From Acidobacteriota bacterium (GTDB lineage Bacteria > Acidobacteriota > Vicinamibacteria > Vicinamibacterales > 2-12-FULL-66-21): DNA of 29,431 nt. The number at the start of each line of letters is the position of its first letter. Within the stretch, counting starts at the first letter, position 1. The notes under the pieces were generated by a model that was given only the letters and a program-made list of their open reading frames with translations, did no database searches and was not told the DNA's origin. The stretch is from positions 1 to 29,431 of the forward strand of contig JACCXG010000266.1 of the NCBI GenBank assembly GCA_013697225.1, in the 5' to 3' direction. This document shows positions 26,468 through 29,431 of this stretch, in pieces. Made by a program: the position numbers and the translations under genes.

Positions 26468-28360
26468 GTGAGCATCAAAGCCAAGCAGGTCGCCGGGGTG
26501 ACCACGCTGGTGATCGCGGTGGTTGCCGTCCTCAGCGGCTACTACCTCAGCAGCCTGTCCTACGTCCTGCTCGAGGAAACCGCATCCCGCGCCGAGCTCC
26601 TCTCGAAGGCCACTTACCAGCGCGCGTTTCAGGTGGTTGGCGACGGTCCCCGGGAACCTTACGCCGCTCTCCGCGGCGACGGCGGCATCAGGTCCATCCT
26701 CGATTCGAGCATCGGGTACTCCAAGGGTGTCACGTACGCCGCCATCGTGAACGCGGAGGGGATTGCTGTCGCCAGCGCCCCTGCCAGCCGTGAAGGGACC
26801 CACCTCGACGAGCAGAAGGACTTCGCGGAGATCGTCACTGCGGGTCCGATTGCCCGCCTGCTGGCCATCAACTCCGACGAGACGTTCGAGTACACCCAGC
26901 CGCTGCTCGTGGGGACGGAGCAGCTGGAGCAGTTCGGCTCGATCCGGATTGGCGTCTCGACGCTGCTCGTCCGGTCCGAGCTGCGCTCGGCGATGCATCG
27001 GGCGATCACTGTTGTCATATTCGCCCTGGTGCTGTCGTCCCTCGTGGCGATCATGCTCGCGCAGTGGATGCTGCGCCCGATCCACGTCATCCAGAGCGGG
27101 CTCAGCCGGCTCGGGCGCGGCGATCTGGACGTCAGACTCGACCTGCCCGAGCAGGAGTTCCAGGACCTCGGCAGCTCGTTCCAGGCTGTCAGCGCACAGC
27201 TGGCCGCCCTTGGGAAAGGGGGTGGCGACGGCTCAACGCTAAGCTCACGTGAAGGGGCGGACTACCAGTCCGTCATGGAGAGCCTCGAAGACGCGGTGGC
27301 GCTCTTCTCGCCGCAGGGAGAGGTGATTTTCACCAACGCGGCGATGCGCGCGATCGGCATCGCGGAGCTGCCCGGGACCCACCCCGTCCGGCAACTGGTC
27401 GATCGGACCCTCTCCACAGGCAAGTCGACCGGTCCGTTGTCGGTGGCCGTGCCTCGGGGCCTGCCTGCGGAGGCGGGGATCGAGGGGGGCAACGGGCCCG
27501 CACCCGAAATGGGGGCTGAATCCGACGCGGACTCCGAGCGGCTCCTGATGTGTCACGCGATCGAAGACACGAACCGCAAGTTCCTTGGCGCCATGCTCGT
27601 CGCCAGGAACGTCGGCTACCTGAACCAGGTGCAGTCCACCCTCAACTACTCGCGAAAGGCGGCGGCGCTCGGCCGGCTGCTTGCCGGTGTGGCCCACGAG
27701 GTGAAGAACCCCCTCAACGCCATGACGATCCACCTGGAGCTGCTGAAGCAGAAGCTCGGGGTGCTGCGCGAACCGATGGTGATGGCAGGGCCGGGCGGCG
27801 GGGCGGGCAAAACGCTCGACCTCACGAAGCACGTGACAATCATCTCCAGTGAGATCAAGCGGCTCGACGAGGTCGTCGCCGGCTTCCTGAAGTTCGCGCG
27901 CCCCGAGGAGCTCAATCTCCAGCCGATTCTGCTGAATCAGGTGATTCACGATGTCGTGATGACGATTGGCCCGGAAGCACACCGCCGGCGGGTGGCGGTG
28001 CGCGAGGAGTCGCTGAAGATGCTTCCCCCCATCAACGGGGATCAGGGCATGCTCGTCCAGGCGGTGTTGAATCTGGCGATCAATGCGTTGCAGGCGATGC
28101 CGGAAGGGGGTACTCTGCGCCTCGGCTGCAAGCCGGCCACGCGCCACCGCGTGGAGCTGTTCGTGGAGGACACGGGAATCGGCATCGAGCCGGAGAATCT
28201 GCCGCGCATCTTCGATCTCTACTTCACGACGAAGGAGAAGGGGAGCGGCATCGGCCTCTCGATGGTCTTCCGCATCGTCCAGCTCCACGACGGGGAAGTC
28301 GAAGTGCAGTCCACGCCGGGCCGGGGCACGAGGTTTCGGGTGATGTTCCCGCAGGCGTGA
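26468..28360 (+). CDS. Membrane sensor histidine kinase (periplasmic domain, HAMP, PAS-like, HisKA, HATPase), 630 aa
   Basis: Two TMs, HAMP (LRPIHVIQSGLSRLGRGDLDVRL), H-box AGVAHEVKNPL, N-box NLAINALQAM, DTGIGI, FDLYFTTK, GSGIGLS. Confidence 0.92.
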   Translation: MSIKAKQVAGVTTLVIAVVAVLSGYYLSSLSYVLLEETASRAELLSKATYQRAFQVVGDGPREPYAALRGDGGIRSILDSSIGYSKGVTYAAIVNAEGIAVASAPASREGTHLDEQKDFAEIVTAGPIARLLAINSDETFEYTQPLLVGTEQLEQFGSIRIGVSTLLVRSELRSAMHRAITVVIFALVLSSLVAIMLAQWMLRPIHVIQSGLSRLGRGDLDVRLDLPEQEFQDLGSSFQAVSAQLAALGKGGGDGSTLSSREGADYQSVMESLEDAVALFSPQGEVIFTNAAMRAIGIAELPGTHPVRQLVDRTLSTGKSTGPLSVAVPRGLPAEAGIEGGNGPAPEMGAESDADSERLLMCHAIEDTNRKFLGAMLVARNVGYLNQVQSTLNYSRKAAALGRLLAGVAHEVKNPLNAMTIHLELLKQKLGVLREPMVMAGPGGGAGKTLDLTKHVTIISSEIKRLDEVVAGFLKFARPEELNLQPILLNQVIHDVVMTIGPEAHRRRVAVREESLKMLPPINGDQGMLVQAVLNLAINALQAMPEGGTLRLGCKPATRHRVELFVEDTGIGIEPENLPRIFDLYFTTKEKGSGIGLSMVFRIVQLHDGEVEVQSTPGRGTRFRVMFPQA

Positions 28361-28408
28361 CGGGAGGGGCGGCTGAGTTGGGGCGTCAAGCGTAGAATGG
28401 AGGAACAC

Positions 28409-29113
28409 ATGCGCAGACTGGCCCTGGTTCTGGTCCTCGGTATTGGTGCGTTCGGCTGCGGCACCACCCGGGCGGCGGCGCCGCTCGAACGCCCGCTGCT
28501 CATCGTGCCCCCGCCTCCGCCGCGGATTGTCGAGGCCCCGCCTGTCGCATCGGTCGCACGTCCCGACCCCGAACCGGAGATTGAGCCCGTTCCCCCTCTA
28601 CAGCCGGAAACCCGTGTCCCCCCGGCCAGACCCCGCGCGGCGTCCCCCCGGGAGCTCCCGCCGAAAGAGGCTCAGAAGCCGGAGGTCAAGCACGACGTTG
28701 CCGTCGTTGATCCAGCCGCTGCCGACCCCCCGGCGCCTCCGGCGCCCGCGCCGTTGCTCCGCACACCGGCGACCGCCGATCCAGCGGCCGCGGAGCGCCA
28801 GATTCGCGACACACTCGACAAAGCGAGGAAGGTGCTCAACTCGGTTGACTACGGGCGGCTGAGCGATTTGCGGAAGAAGGCCTACCTCGAGGTGCAGGAT
28901 TTCATCACCGAGGCGGAAGCTGCCATCAAGGCCTCCAATTTCGAGCTCGGCCGCGAGCTTGCGGACAAAGCCGAGAAGTTCGCGCGCGAGCTTCAGGCAC
29001 GGAGCGTCTCCCTCCCGGGCCGCGCCCGTCCCACACTCGGGGGGGAACTCCCCCGCGGGGAAGTCCCTGGCCCCGCTCGGGCTGTGGCGGCGGTGTCGTG
29101 GTTCAACGGCTGA
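28409..29113 (+). CDS. Hypothetical lipoprotein with Pro-rich linker and C-terminal helical domain, 234 aa
   Basis: GGAGG RBS before ATG 28409. Signal MRRLALVLVLGIGAFG-C (lipobox AFGC). About 110-aa Pro/Ala/Glu-rich tract, then amphipathic helices. Confidence 0.75.
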   Translation: MRRLALVLVLGIGAFGCGTTRAAAPLERPLLIVPPPPPRIVEAPPVASVARPDPEPEIEPVPPLQPETRVPPARPRAASPRELPPKEAQKPEVKHDVAVVDPAAADPPAPPAPAPLLRTPATADPAAAERQIRDTLDKARKVLNSVDYGRLSDLRKKAYLEVQDFITEAEAAIKASNFELGRELADKAEKFARELQARSVSLPGRARPTLGGELPRGEVPGPARAVAAVSWFNG

Positions 29114-29154
29114 AAATAGGTCATTGAGAAGAACTCCAGACCAGCATTCAGTTT

Positions 29155-29170
29155 TCTCCACATATAGCGG
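29155..29170. promoter_or_regulatory. NrdR box 1
   Basis: tctCCACATATAGcgg matches the core of the NrdR consensus acaCwAtATaTwGtgt. Confidence 0.7.
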
Positions 29171-29176
29171 CTGAGC

Positions 29177-29205
29177 TCAACAAACTACACTACATCTAGT
29201 AGAAT
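29177..29205 (+). promoter_or_regulatory. Possible upstream sigma70 promoter P1 overlapped by NrdR box 2
   Basis: TCAACA (29177-29182), 17-bp spacer, TAGAAT (29200-29205). Confidence 0.4.
29187..29202. promoter_or_regulatory. NrdR box 2
   Basis: acaCTACATCTAGtag, a strong consensus match, 32 bp from box 1 (typical tandem spacing). Confidence 0.8.
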
Positions 29206-29211
29206 CTGCCC

Positions 29212-29240
29212 TTGACACCGCAATGTGACGGGGATAGATT
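29212..29240 (+). promoter_or_regulatory. Sigma70 promoter P2
   Basis: Perfect TTGACA (29212-29217), 17-bp spacer, TAGATT (29235-29240). Confidence 0.75.
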
Positions 29241-29333
29241 TCCGCCCCACCGTGATTTGTCGCTTCCGTTTCAATTCGTGATCGTTCCGGGATCCGGCCG
29301 CCGAGGCGTCCGTGATTCCTGTGCGGAGGACGT

Positions 29334-29431
29334 ATGCAGAAGGCCGCTGCCGCAAGCTCGAGCGTAGACCCGGGCGTACCCATCGATTCCACCAGCCCCC
29401 AGGTCGTGGCCCGGGCACCGGGAACGGCCCC
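29334..29431 (+). CDS. 5' fragment of a gene (MQKAAAASSSVDPGVPIDSTSPQVVARAPGTA...), probably ribonucleotide reductase
   Basis: GGAGG (29325-29329) 4 nt before the ATG; open to the window end. Product inferred only from the upstream NrdR boxes. Confidence 0.55.
   Translation, partial: MQKAAAASSSVDPGVPIDSTSPQVVARAPGTA

Noticed and set aside
28393-28398. TAGAAT as an internal promoter for the lipoprotein
   Set aside because: No -35 or extended -10, and the implied TSS would remove the GGAGG RBS. Insufficient support.
29241-29333. Cobalamin riboswitch in front of the putative RNR gene
   Set aside because: The leader is only about 90 nt and has no B12-box consensus.

Overview
GC-rich (by eye roughly 65-70%) housekeeping and cell-envelope region from a diderm bacterium. 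Gene style and neighbourhood suggest Acidobacteriota/Vicinamibacteria, but this is inference only. It has four blocks. (1) 1-13511, + strand: a partial FN3-domain protein, FAH-family hydrolase, small transaldolase, a three-gene biotin-dependent acyl-CoA carboxylase (CT, BC, BCCP), then translationally coupled tamB, a 7-POTRA Omp85 (TamA/BamA-like) and a PPIase-less SurA-like chaperone. (2) 13524-24882, mostly - strand: a glycoconjugate cluster with a CPBP intramembrane protease, two GT-C-fold membrane glycosyltransferases, four GT4 enzymes, two SAM methyltransferases (one inverted) and DUF2062. (3) 25013-29113, + strand: sigma54-dependent response regulator, HAMP/PAS histidine kinase and a Pro-rich lipoprotein. 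(4) 29113-29431: an AT-rich control region with two NrdR-type boxes 32 bp apart, sigma70 promoters and the first 32 codons of a gene, probably a ribonucleotide reductase. Non-coding highlights are a dispersed family of 9-bp TGCCAA(G/A)AA arrays sitting directly before start codons (once as a 129-bp element with 12-bp terminal inverted repeats), an AT-rich palindromic in-frame insert in the BCCP gene, and apparent leaderless divergent promoters. No rRNA, tRNA, CRISPR array or transposase was seen. Product calls come from motif recognition without database searches.
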